From Amphiscolops sp. MND2022 (lineage: Eukaryota): DNA of 64,000 nucleotides. Shown in pieces: positions 12,670-23,030 of this stretch. Where the stretch lies: NCBI GenBank assembly GCA_964187785.1, contig OZ076415.1, forward strand, positions 21,018,001 through 21,082,000, given 5' to 3'. How positions within the stretch are numbered: position 1 is the stretch's first letter; the number at the start of each line of letters is the position of its first letter. The notes below the pieces were generated by a model. The model ran no database searches and had not been told where the DNA came from. It worked only from the letters and a program-made list of their open reading frames with translations. The position numbers and the translations under genes are program-made.

Positions 12670-14045
12670 AGGAGTTTTTTGTTCGTTGGCTTGGGGTGCC
12701 ACGGCTTGTTGCTGCTGGATCATTTCCTGAGTCCGTTTCAGGGGGATAAAAATATCATTTGTTGGAGTAGTTTTTGGTGTTTTCAACCACGTTGGGTGGT
12801 ATGCCCAGTAGCATGAGTAGCAATCTTTAGTCCCGTGACTCAGTTCGCCACATGTTTCGCATGGGGTTGTTATTGTGGAGCTAGCTGGGTTTTGTGTTCG
12901 TTTATCTCGGTTGGGTTTTCTGCACTTACGAAAAAAGGTGTCCCGGGTGGCCACAGCCAAAGCATGGGCCTATTATCTTTTGTGAGCACTCCTGGCACGG
13001 GTTGGGGGAATGTTCATTGTTGTTGATGCTTGCGAATGAGGTCGTCTCCGGGGCTGCGAGTCCGTTCAACTCCATTTCTTTTTCGAGATGCTGGACCATT
13101 GTTTCGTATGAGGCGGCTCTAATCTGGCTTGGTTGAGGACACTTTTTAATGGTTGGGTTTTTTGGCTTAGAACGATGTTTCTATGAATCGTGGGGCATCG
13201 TCTGCGTAAGCCTCTTGTGCGAACTTCTGGTATATTCCGAGGAAGTCTTGGAAGAATTGGGTTGTTGGGTCGAAAGTTATAGTTTTCCATTTGTAGCGCG
13301 CCGTTGCCACTGATTAGGATTTTACGTACCTTCTGCGAAGTCCTGCTATGACGTTTTGCAGGTAGGTTTTTGTAGAGCCGTCATGCTGCGGAAAGTACGG
13401 AGTGCGTCACTCTTCAACAGGGAATAGAAGTAGTGGAGTTTTTCTTCCTCGATTTTATTTGGGTGGACAATTAGGCGTGTTTGGAACAAGTCTTCGAAAT
13501 GCTCGAACTTGTCCGTTTTGCCGTCGAACATAGGCATCGTTTTAGAAAGTGCTTTCGGCGGGACAGATGGTTGTCCCGTCTGCTAGCGGGAGAAAGGGAT
13601 TCGAGGAGTTTCGTCTGAGTTCCTCTGGTTTGGAGGCAGTAGGCTTGATGAACGGGTGTGGGGGTGGGGTTGGGCCCAATTAATGACTCCGTCACCATGT
13701 TGTGACTAAATTTTTTATTCAAGTCTGTTTTGTCTAGATCTTCAACGACATTTTTTTCGTTTGGTTCCGTTCTAACCGTCGAACAACCTTGTTCTTATGG
13801 GGTGTTCGAAAGAATATCAACCTTTCATGAGAGATTCTCTATCAATCGCAGGATTTGTCTCTGTCCAAATTCTGTGTTCCTCAATCTCTTAAATGATAGG
13901 TTTTCAATTTTGCCTGATAAGTCCTCAAAGTCACGTTCCGAGATACACAGATTTCCTTCATCTGCCGAAGGGCATAGTGTTTCGCTCTTCCGGATTACTA
14001 GTAGGATCACTCTTCAGCTTTAGTTTCTGAGATTTTTCCGATATG
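12670..14045 (-). pseudogene. Gag of element A, with 5' part inside the LTR
   Basis: ISERDFEDLSGKIEN..GQRQILRLIENLS (13825-14010), then SHN-MVTES across the LTR/PBS junction, then the capsid-like FDGKTDKFEHFEDLFQT, then a CCHC knuckle. Confidence 0.85.
13685..13697 (-). promoter_or_regulatory. Primer binding site of element A (TGGTGACGGAGTC)
   Basis: Starts with TGG directly after the ...CACAACA LTR end (plus-strand tgttgtg at 13698). Same layout as element B. Confidence 0.75.
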
Positions 14046-14200
14046 GTCAGACTAGCAACAGTTCAATTGAGTTTAATTGTTTCTTTAAAATGGTTGGAAA
14101 TAATTCAGTCTATTTCCGGGTTCTTCAAAGAACAATATAAATAGGCAGAATTATTTTTGCTGGCAACGGAAAATAATAGAGGTAGAACATTTATCATTAT
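13698..14200 (-). repeat. 5' LTR of element A (outer boundary not found)
   Basis: Inner CA end is adjacent to the PBS. The outer end was not identified; the 3,148-bp duplication begins at ~14200. Confidence 0.55.
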
Positions 14201-15219
14201 GAATCATTTTCGAATAAAATTGAAGATTGTCAAACGGTTTTCAAAATCAAATACTGATTCAAGTCGAGATGCGAAAGTTTTGATTTCCCTAATCCCACTC
14301 CAGATACTTATAGTTTACGCTAGACACGCAGGATAAATCTCGTGCGTGAATTCACACCTCGTTCAAATCGGCGTCCTTTCCGAAGCGCGGAAGTCGAAAT
14401 AAGATAGGTTTCATCGGGACTCGACGTTCAGCGTCATCTCACTTCTACGAAAAAGTGGGAATCAACTTCCTTCGAAACCCCATTTGGCGTCCCTTTCCCC
14501 TTCATTCTTCGCCCGTTCGAGACAATATAAAAATAGTATGTAATGATAAATTAATACATTCACTGTTATTAATTACGTGAACAAACAGCTGCTAGGTTGT
14601 CACAGCGGTTGGCTCAGATCTCAACCTTAATAGGATTCAAAATGGCATCAGATTAGCATCATCATTCATTTACATGCATCACAAACCTTCCATTAAAGCT
14701 CTTTTAGGCAGGGTTTTTACATTTGTCATGTTAAAATTCATCGCATCCTTCATTTGCACAGTTGAATGTTCTAATCGAGCAGCGAGGCAATTGTCCCAGC
14801 TTCTATCGACAGCTAAGCTGTTGGGGACTGCTACTCATCTTACTTAGCATTTTAGCGCTTAACGCTGATTGGTCAATTAATTTCGCCATTACTCAGCGCT
14901 TGTACTCACTGTTCTCGTCTGAACTGCCCTCCAGTCAGCGCGCTAGCTGAATTAAATTCAGTCAACGCGCTGGATGTTTGACTACAAATAAACACTGTGC
15001 TTGATGTTATTCACATATTTTTGTAACTTAGGTACTGCGCTGAATTCTTCATCGCTAATAATAGACTATTTACATAAGTATTCATATGATAAAAAGTTGT
15101 TTGTTGGTGTTTTCGTTTTCAGGTTGGTGATGACTCTTGCGTTTCCTTCTGGTTAGTTTGTTTACATCCTCGGGCGTTCTCTCTCCAGAATTGCGCATCT
15201 CTGTGGGGGCTGCGACAAT

Positions 15220-17013
15220 AATCCTATTTTTTTTTAAATGACTGTCAGTTTTGATCACGGAGAAAATTTGCGTTCAAATTTGATCACGGAGAAAATTTGC
15301 GTTCAAATAGGGGCCAACTTATATGATTTTGGCTTGTTTCAAGCGTGAATTCCTGCTATTTTGGACAATATTATCAAAAAAACCGGGGTATTTTTGCCTG
15401 ACATGTAAAAACAGTTGTTTAGACAATCCTCTAAGGTTTTACTTTTATATCATTTTTCTCCTTCGTGAAATATTTTTAGTCAAGAACAAAATGTGCTTTC
15501 GTTTTGGGGGGGGGGTGTCATTCGCAACAAGGTGTACCTGGGGGGGGGGGAAATTGAATACATGGTCCAAAAGTGCTCATATATGTTTGAGGATTTGAGG
15601 TTTGGATCGAAAAGGAACTTACTCTTTGGTTGGTCTGGTAAATGAGTATAATGGACGAAACACGTCTTTGTTTATTGGGAAAGGCTATCTAGATGAAAGA
15701 AATTTCCAGGGTCTTCTCTTTCCTTGAATGTGGAATAAAATGATAATGTAAAGGTAGGCAAAATAAAGAAATTCATGTACAAGTTTTTCAAATACAGGCG
15801 CAACAGCTATTTCTCAGAAATGCAATACTGGTTCGCTTATAATAATGTGCACTCGCTCGATACAGATTTGCCGTAGCTGTACGTAATTGATTCCACTCCC
15901 AGTAGATACGAAAGACAGTTCCTACCGTACCTCTGCGAAAATTTCACTTATATATGAATAGTGATGCTTAATTTTTGTTTGCCGAAGCTAAGCTTGTTGC
16001 GTCGTACAGTTGAACATCAAGCAAAGCTACGGCAATAAGTGCACGAACATCTCATTTTCTTTTGAGAAAAAAACAATGGTGAAAGAATTGTTATAAGAAC
16101 ATGCTCTATAACAATTCTGAACACAGTACTGTGTTCAAATTTTGAACAATCTAAATCTAAGCGAGCGTCATTTTTTGACAAAATGAAAACTTGTCAGCTA
16201 ACTTCGTTGGTTTCAAAATAGGTATAGTAGAGAAAGACAACGTTTTGAACTGTAATACTGGTGGCTAGTAGAAGCAAATACACTAAAATAACAAGACGCA
16301 ACTGAAGCACGAACTGCAATAAAAAATTGTCTGCTGTAAACGTTGTACCTTCGGTTCAGATCTCTAACTTTTGAACTAACGCTTTTCTGAAATGCCCTCA
16401 TTAGGAATTTACACTACAAAATGGATAACAAATTGCGAATTCTTCAGTTTTTTCGTCGAAACAATATTTTTAGCAGTAAAAACTGACGAATTCGCAATCT
16501 TCAACTCTGAACATTTTTTCTGGAAATGCTTTCTTGAGAAGTGAACATGCTCACTTCTCAAGAAAGCATTTCCAGGAAAAGTGTTCAAAATGAAGGGGGA
16601 ATGAGACAGAAGGTTCAAATACCATTATGTCGACATAGTTTGCGTTGAAATTTTGGTCCAATAAAATAACTGATGTCGAAAAAATCCTATTTTTTACATT
16701 GACTGTCAGTTAAAAGTTGCCCATTAGATTTTATAGCGGACCAAGTTTGCGCTGAAATATTGCACTTTTTATACGATTTTAGCTTGTTCCAAACGTGAAT
16801 TTCGGCTATTTTGGACGGTAATATCAAAAAATTATGGTATTTTTTTGCCTGAAATGTCCAAACATTTGTAGAGACAATCCTCTAAGTATTTACATTCATC
16901 TAATATTCTCTTATTAGTGAAATATTTTCATTTAGGAGTAAAATGTGCTTTCGTGTTGGGGAAAAATTCCCAACAAGGTTTACATGGGGGGAAATAGATG
17001 ACATGGTCCAAAA
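15220..17013. repeat. Diverged ~340-bp direct repeats (15220-15572 and 16683-17013) inside the 3,148-bp unit
   Basis: Shared blocks aatcctattttt..gactgtcagtt, cgtgaatt..ctattttggac, agacaatcctctaag, aaaatgtgctttcgt, caacaaggt and acatggtccaaaa in the same order. Repeated in copy 2. Confidence 0.8.
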
Positions 17014-19098
17014 TGAACGTTGACGAACGGTGTCAAAGCTACAAATTTGATTGCCAGATTATTATTTTCTGGCCAGTAGTTTTTGAGATATTGCGTGATA
17101 AAAGTCAAAATTACCCGCCTTTATCTTCTGTATAGTGAGTTTTCTATTCTGGTTTTCGTTAGCAAAAGAAATTACGTTGCGAGCTGATGGAGTAAATTGA
17201 ACCCAATTGATATTGGAACGGTTTCATCTTGGGTGTTCAGAGTACTGGAGTCATTACTACTGGGTAATAAGTTTATAGTAGGGAATTCTTCATTGACGTC
17301 GTATAAAGAGTTAAGATATGCTCTGATCACTTAAATTGGAGTCAAATTGAATCATTTTCGAATAAAATTGAAGATTGTCAAACAGTTTTCAAAATCAAAT
17401 ACTGATTCAAGTCGAGATGCGAAAAATATGATTTCCCTAATCCCACTCCAGATACTTATAATTTACGCTAGACACGCAGGATAAATCTCGAAAGTGAATT
17501 CACGCCTCGTTCAAATCGGCGTCCTTTCCGAAGCGGGGAAGTCGAAATAAGATAGGCTTCATCGGGACTCGACGTTCAGCGTCATCTCACTCCTACGAAA
17601 AAGTGGGAATCAACTTCCTTCGAAACCCCATTTGGCGTCCCTTTCCCCTTCATTCTTCGCCCGTTCGAGACAATATAACAAATAGTATGTAATGATAAAT
17701 TAATACATTCACTGTTATTAATTACGTGAACAAACAGCTGCTAGGTTGTCACAGCGGTTGGCTCAGATCTCAACCTTAATAGGATTCAAAATGGCATCAG
17801 ATTAGCATCATCATTCATTTACATGCATCATAAACCTTCCATTAAAGCTCTTTTAGGCAGGGTTTTTACATTTGTCATGTTAAAATTCATCGCATCCTTC
17901 ATTTGCACAGTTGAATTTTCTAGTCGAGCAGCGAGGCAATTGTCCCAGCTTCTATCGACAGCTAAGCTGTTGGGGACTGCTACTCATCTTACTTAGCATT
18001 TTAGCGCTTAACGCTGATTGGTCAATTAATTTCGCCATTACTCAGCGCTTGTACTCACTGTTCTCGTCTGAACTGCCCTCCAGTCAGCGCGCTAGCTGAA
18101 TTAAATTCAGTCAACGCGCTGGATGTTTGTCTACAAATAAACACTGTGCTTGATGTTATTCACATATTTTTGTAACTTAGGTACTGCGCTGAATTCTTCA
18201 TCGCTAATAATAGACTATTTACATAAGTATTCATATGATAAATAGTTGTTTGTTGGTGTTTTCGTTTTCAGGTTGGTGATGACTCTTGCGTTTCCTTCTG
18301 GTTAGTTTGTTTACATCCTCGGGCGTTCTCTCTTCAGAATTGCGCAGCTCTGTGGGGGCTGCGACAATAATCCTATTTTTTTTAGATTGACTGTCAGTTT
18401 TGATAACGGAGAAAATTTGCGTTCAAATTTGATCACGGAGAAAATTTGCGTTCAAATAGGGGCCAACTTATATGATTTTGGCTTGTTTCAAGCGTGAATT
18501 TCTGCTATTTTGGACAATATTATCAAAATAACCGGGGTATTTTTGCCTGACATGTAAAAACAGTTGTTTAGACAATCCTCTAAGGTTTTACATTCATATC
18601 ATTTTTTCTCCTTCGTGAAATATTTTTAGCCAAGAACAAAGTGTGCTTTCGTCTTGGGGGGGTGCCATTCGCAACAAGGTGTACCTGGGGGGGGGAATTG
18701 AACACATGGTCCAAAAGTGCTCATATATGTTTGAGGATTTGAGGTTTGGATCGAAAAGGAACTTACTCTTTGGTTGGTCTGGTAAATGAGTATAATGGAC
18801 GAAACACGTCTTTGTTTATTGGGAAAGGCTATCTAGATGAAAGAAATTTCCAGAGTCTTCTCTTTCGTTAAATGTGGAATAAAATGATAATGTAAAGGTA
18901 GGCAAAATAAAGAAATTCATGTACAAGTTTTTCAAATACAGGCGCAACAGCTATTTCTCAGAAATGCAATACTGGTTCGCTTATAATCATGTGCACTCGC
19001 TCGATACAGATTTGCCGTAGCTGTACGTAATTGATTCCACTCCCAGTAAATACGAAAGACAGTTCCTACCGTACCTCTGCGAAAATTTCACTTATATA

Positions 19099-19650
19099 CT
19101 GGGGTGTGGGATTTTCAGACCGTGGACCGAAACCCGTAGTGCCAAACCGTAACCCGTAAACCGTAGTTCTGAAAAAAGCGAACCGTACATATTTCTGAGA
19201 AATACGACCGACTTGTTTTATACATTTAACAGCAGTATTTCTGAGAAATACGACCGACTTGTTTTATACATTTAACAGCAGTATTTCTGAGAAATACGAC
19301 CGACTTGTTTTATACATTTAACAGCAGTATTTCTGAGAAAAAGACACGCGCACTAACTAGAAAAAAGTACGTTTCTGAGAATTACTCGTACATTGCCTTT
19401 GATTTATATTGTTCAACCATACTGTATATGATATTGGTTATTAAATGCGAAAATATGGATATTACTGGAGATTATTCGAGTATATATACACTTTCCACAG
19501 TTGAAAAGAAGGCAATCTGCAAGACATGTTCGAAAGAATACCAATACGATGCTCAGAAAATTTTTTCAACCCGTACCTTGAAACCGTAAACCGTAGACGA
19601 TTACCCGTAAACCGTAATTTTAATTCAACCCGTACGGTTCCACACCCCAG
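19099..19650. mobile_element. Non-autonomous hAT-type DNA transposon (552 bp)
   Basis: 11-bp TIRs CTGGGGTGTGG / CCACACCCCAG. 8-bp TSD CTTATATA (19091-19098, 19651-19658). The empty site has a single CTTATATA at 15947-15954. Subterminal (A/C)CCGTA reiterations. BED-like fragment KAICKTCSKEY. Confidence 0.92.
19191..19340. repeat. 46-47-bp tandem repeat, ~3.3 copies
   Basis: atttctgagaaatacgaccgacttgtttt(t)atacatttaacagcagt repeated head-to-tail without spacers. Confidence 0.93.
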
Positions 19651-22299
19651 CTTATATATGAATAGTGATGCTTAATTTTTGTTTGCCGAAGCTAAGCTTG
19701 TTGCGTCGTACAGTTGAACATCAAGCAAAGCTACGGCAATAAGTGCACGAACATCTCGTTTTCTTTTGAGAAAAAAAAACAATGGTGAAAGAATTGTTAT
19801 AAGAACATGCTCTATAACAATTCTGAACACAGTACTGTGTTCAAATTTTGAACAATCTAAATCTAAGCGAGCGTCATTTTTTTGACAAAATGAAAACTTG
19901 TCAGCTAACTTCGTTGGTTTCAAAATAGGTATAGTAGAGGAAGACAACGTTTTGAACTGTAATACCGGTGGCTAGTACATGTAGAAGCAAATACACTAAA
20001 ATAACAAGACGCAACTGAAGCACGAACTGCAATAAAAAATTGTCTGCTGTAAACGTTGTACCTTCGGTTCAGATCTCTAACTTTTGAACTGACGCTTTTC
20101 TGAAATGCCCTCATTAGGAATTTACACTACAAAATGAATAACAAATTGCGAATTCTTCAGTTTTTTCGTCGAAACAATATTTTTAGCAGTAAAAACTGAC
20201 GAATTCGCAATCTTCCACTCTGAACACTTTTTCTGGAAATGCTTTCTTGAGAAGTGAGCATGTTCACTTCTCAAGAAAGCATTTCCAGGAAAAGTGTTCA
20301 AAATGAAGGGGGAATGAGACAGAAGGTTCAAATACCATTATGTCGACATAGTTTGCGTTGAAATTTTGGTCCAATAAAATAATTGATGTCGAAAAAATCC
20401 TATTTTTTACATTGACTGTCAGTTAAAAGTTGCCCATTAGATTTTATAGCGGACCAAGTTTGCGCTGAAATATTGCACTTTTTATACGATTTTAGCTTGT
20501 TGCAAACGTGAATTTCTGCTATTTTGGACAGTAATATCAAAAAATTATGGTAATTTTTTGCCTGAAATGTCCAAACATTTGTAGAGACAATCCTCTAAGT
20601 ATTTACATTCATCTAATATTTTCTTATTAGTGGAATATTTTTATTTAGGAGTAAAATGTGCTTTCGTGTTGGGGGAAAATTCCCAACAAGGTTTACATGG
20701 GGGGAAATAGGTGACATGGTCCAAAATGAACGTTGACGAACGGTGTCAAAGCTACAAATTTGATTGCCAGATTATTATTTTCTGGCCAGTAGTTTTTGAG
20801 ATATTGCGTGATAAAAGTCAAAATTACCCGCCTTTATCTTCTGTATAGTGAGTTTTCTATTCTGGTTTTTGTTAGCAAAAGAAATTACGTTGCGAGCTGA
20901 TGGATTAAATTGAACCCAATTGATATTGGAACGGTTTCATCTGGGGTGTTCAGAGTACTGGACTCATTACTACTGGGTAATAAGTTTATAGTAGGGAATT
21001 CTTCATTGACGTCGTATGAAGAGTTAAGATATGCTCTGATCACTTAAATTGGAGTCAAGTTGAATCGCTGATTGGTGGTTGGTTGAAGTTATGGTGGTTG
21101 TATTTCCATAGATGCAAGATTCCTGAGGAATACCTAATGCATGAAAACATAGAAGTTTTCCGTTTCAGGAAGAAATTTCAAAAAAACGTTTGCGAGAAAA
21201 ATGGAAGTGTCAAAAGTCGCTGAAAAAAAAGAAGAAAAATGTAATTGCATATTATAGTTGGAATTGCGCCTGTATGCCTTTCAGGTATTGGTTTTCTCGA
21301 GAATTGTATGGAGTTTATGATTTTACATTACGATACACATTACGGTAACGAACTAGCAGGATCCTGCTAGTTCGATTTTTGTCCAATCAGAGCGCGAATA
21401 TTTTTTTGGAAGTTTCACACTTTACGCGCATTACGCTAAATGATTTTACTAAAATTAGTAATTTGCAGTATTTGCAAAATACGAAGGTTTTATCGATCAG
21501 TTGAAGGCTGGTTTCTTCATTTTGTGCAAAAAGCAGTTAATCACGGAAAAATAAGAATTGAATTAAATTAAATTTCCGGTGGACAAATACTTCATACCTT
21601 CATACTTAGTAATCTCTACATTTATACAATCATCAACGAAGTTACAAATTAGATATTGGAACATAAGGATGCAGTGACAGGGGCAATGCTTTACTACACT
21701 ACCCCTAATTCAATTCATGTTTCAGGAGACTGAGTCTGTGCAGGATTCAGAGTTTTCTTGTAGAAAAATTCACAAAAGTACTTAAGATGAAGGCAAAACT
21801 GTTTCATATTATGTTTTGCGCACTAGCATGTTCGAGTAGTGTTCCTGTGTAACACAGAACGAAGTGCAAAAAAACTATTACAAAGATTTTCTCTTCAGTA
21901 TAGATTACAAGGATATAGGTCGGAACTACTAAGAAGACAATAACAAACGAAGTTCTGTGGCTTACGAAATGTTTTTTTTTAGTTTTTCAAAACAGCACAG
22001 AAGTTCAAGCCGTGGAATGGTGAAAAACCGAAAGGAGAGAGCTGAAACGAAGGCACAACCCACGCCGCGCCCTTTGTACTACGTTTCTGGATCCGATGAA
22101 ACATCTCAAATCCCATGTTTCTTCACCGTTTAAGAAAAACAAAAGTAGGAAACAACTAATACTACTAACATGACGAAACTTGTCATTTGAGGTTTTGAGT
22201 TTACTTTCTAACAATTGCATTCTTCAGCGCTGCATTGTCGATAATATAATTTTCTAAGATTACATGAACATAACTAATAAATGATGACTCGGAGTTTTC

Positions 22300-23030
22300 T
22301 CAAGTTGTAAACGTTTATGACTAATTTAGGCATTGTACAAATTGACAAGTCGATTTTCAAGTAGCATATGCCTTTGTATGCATGGTTTCAATATTCACTT
22401 TTGGTTTGTCTCGAAACAGATTCATACTACCACCTTCACTCGCATTTTTCACAACTTCTTTGGACAGTTATTACATATGGAGCTCTTATACAGTCGCTAA
22501 TTTTTGTTCGACCATAATCGTGTAAATGTCTTGAAAATGAATAAATGAAAAATGAGTGAAGTGAAAAAAAAAGATTCGAAAAATTCGCTTCTGAAATTTC
22601 AAAGTATTCTCAATTACGGACCCGTGCGTGCATCCAGAGACTGAACCACTACCATATTGAATGACGGGTTTGATGGAAGATTTGTAAAACTGCAACAAGT
22701 TTTTCTATGGAAGAGTCTCCGAATACAATACAGTTACCCACAATACCTTGATAGTCTCTGAGTAACGTATTTGACATTTTCATGGAAACATACTTTTTCA
22801 TCAAGGTTTACATCCAAAATGATTTAACTTGTTCGATAATTTCACCATCAAGATCGATATAAATATTCAAGTCAGAATTATCCTTGTTGAAATGGATGAT
22901 TTTGTTTTCCTCGTTAACGAATGATAATTTTTCATTTTCATCCATGAATCAGCAGAAGACAGTTCACAAATCCCGATAAAAGAATGGTAACATCATCAGC
23001 AAAAACCACACTTGGGCTCTCTGACACGTT
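22300..23030 (-). mobile_element. 3' fragment of a non-LTR retrotransposon RT (CR1/L2/Jockey-like)
   Basis: Minus-strand VVFADDVTIL (~22985-23010) and LLQFYKSSIKPVIQYG..FQKRIFRIF, typical of the RT C-terminus of these clades. Frameshifted. Confidence 0.8.

Larger units (their letters stand above)
1..14200 (-). mobile_element. Degenerate, internally rearranged Ty3/Gypsy LTR retrotransposon (element A)
   Basis: Minus-strand remnants in Gypsy order. Gag FDGKTDKFEHFEDLF (~13500) and CCHC knuckle CETCGELSHGTKDC (~12830). Protease LSMDALIDSRA (~11830). RT AQYVDDIG (~6400, ~10365). RNase H LMTDA. Integrase CEPSRVFH(A/G)RIPYN. Pol tail YNLRSNP. Many stops, frameshifts and deletions; the element continues left of the window. 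Confidence 0.93.
14200..21066. repeat. Tandem duplication of a 3,148-bp unit (14200-17347; 17348-21060, the second with a 552-bp insertion)
   Basis: gaatcattttcgaataaaattgaag at 14201 and 17349. TGAATC microhomology at 14200, 17348 and 21061. High identity throughout. Confidence 0.96.

Noticed and set aside
16097-16106. GAACATGCTC as a p53 response element
   Set aside because: It fits a single half-site only, and many such matches are expected by chance in 64 kb.
16200-16250. Homeodomain-like LRWFQNRYSRERQR (also ~19910)
   Set aside because: There is an in-frame stop two codons before the W, another soon after, and no helix 1/2 sequence upstream, so it is treated as chance or an unrecoverable relic.
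19191-19340. 46-bp repeats as a CRISPR array
   Set aside because: The repeats are contiguous with no spacers, there are no cas genes, and the context is eukaryotic.
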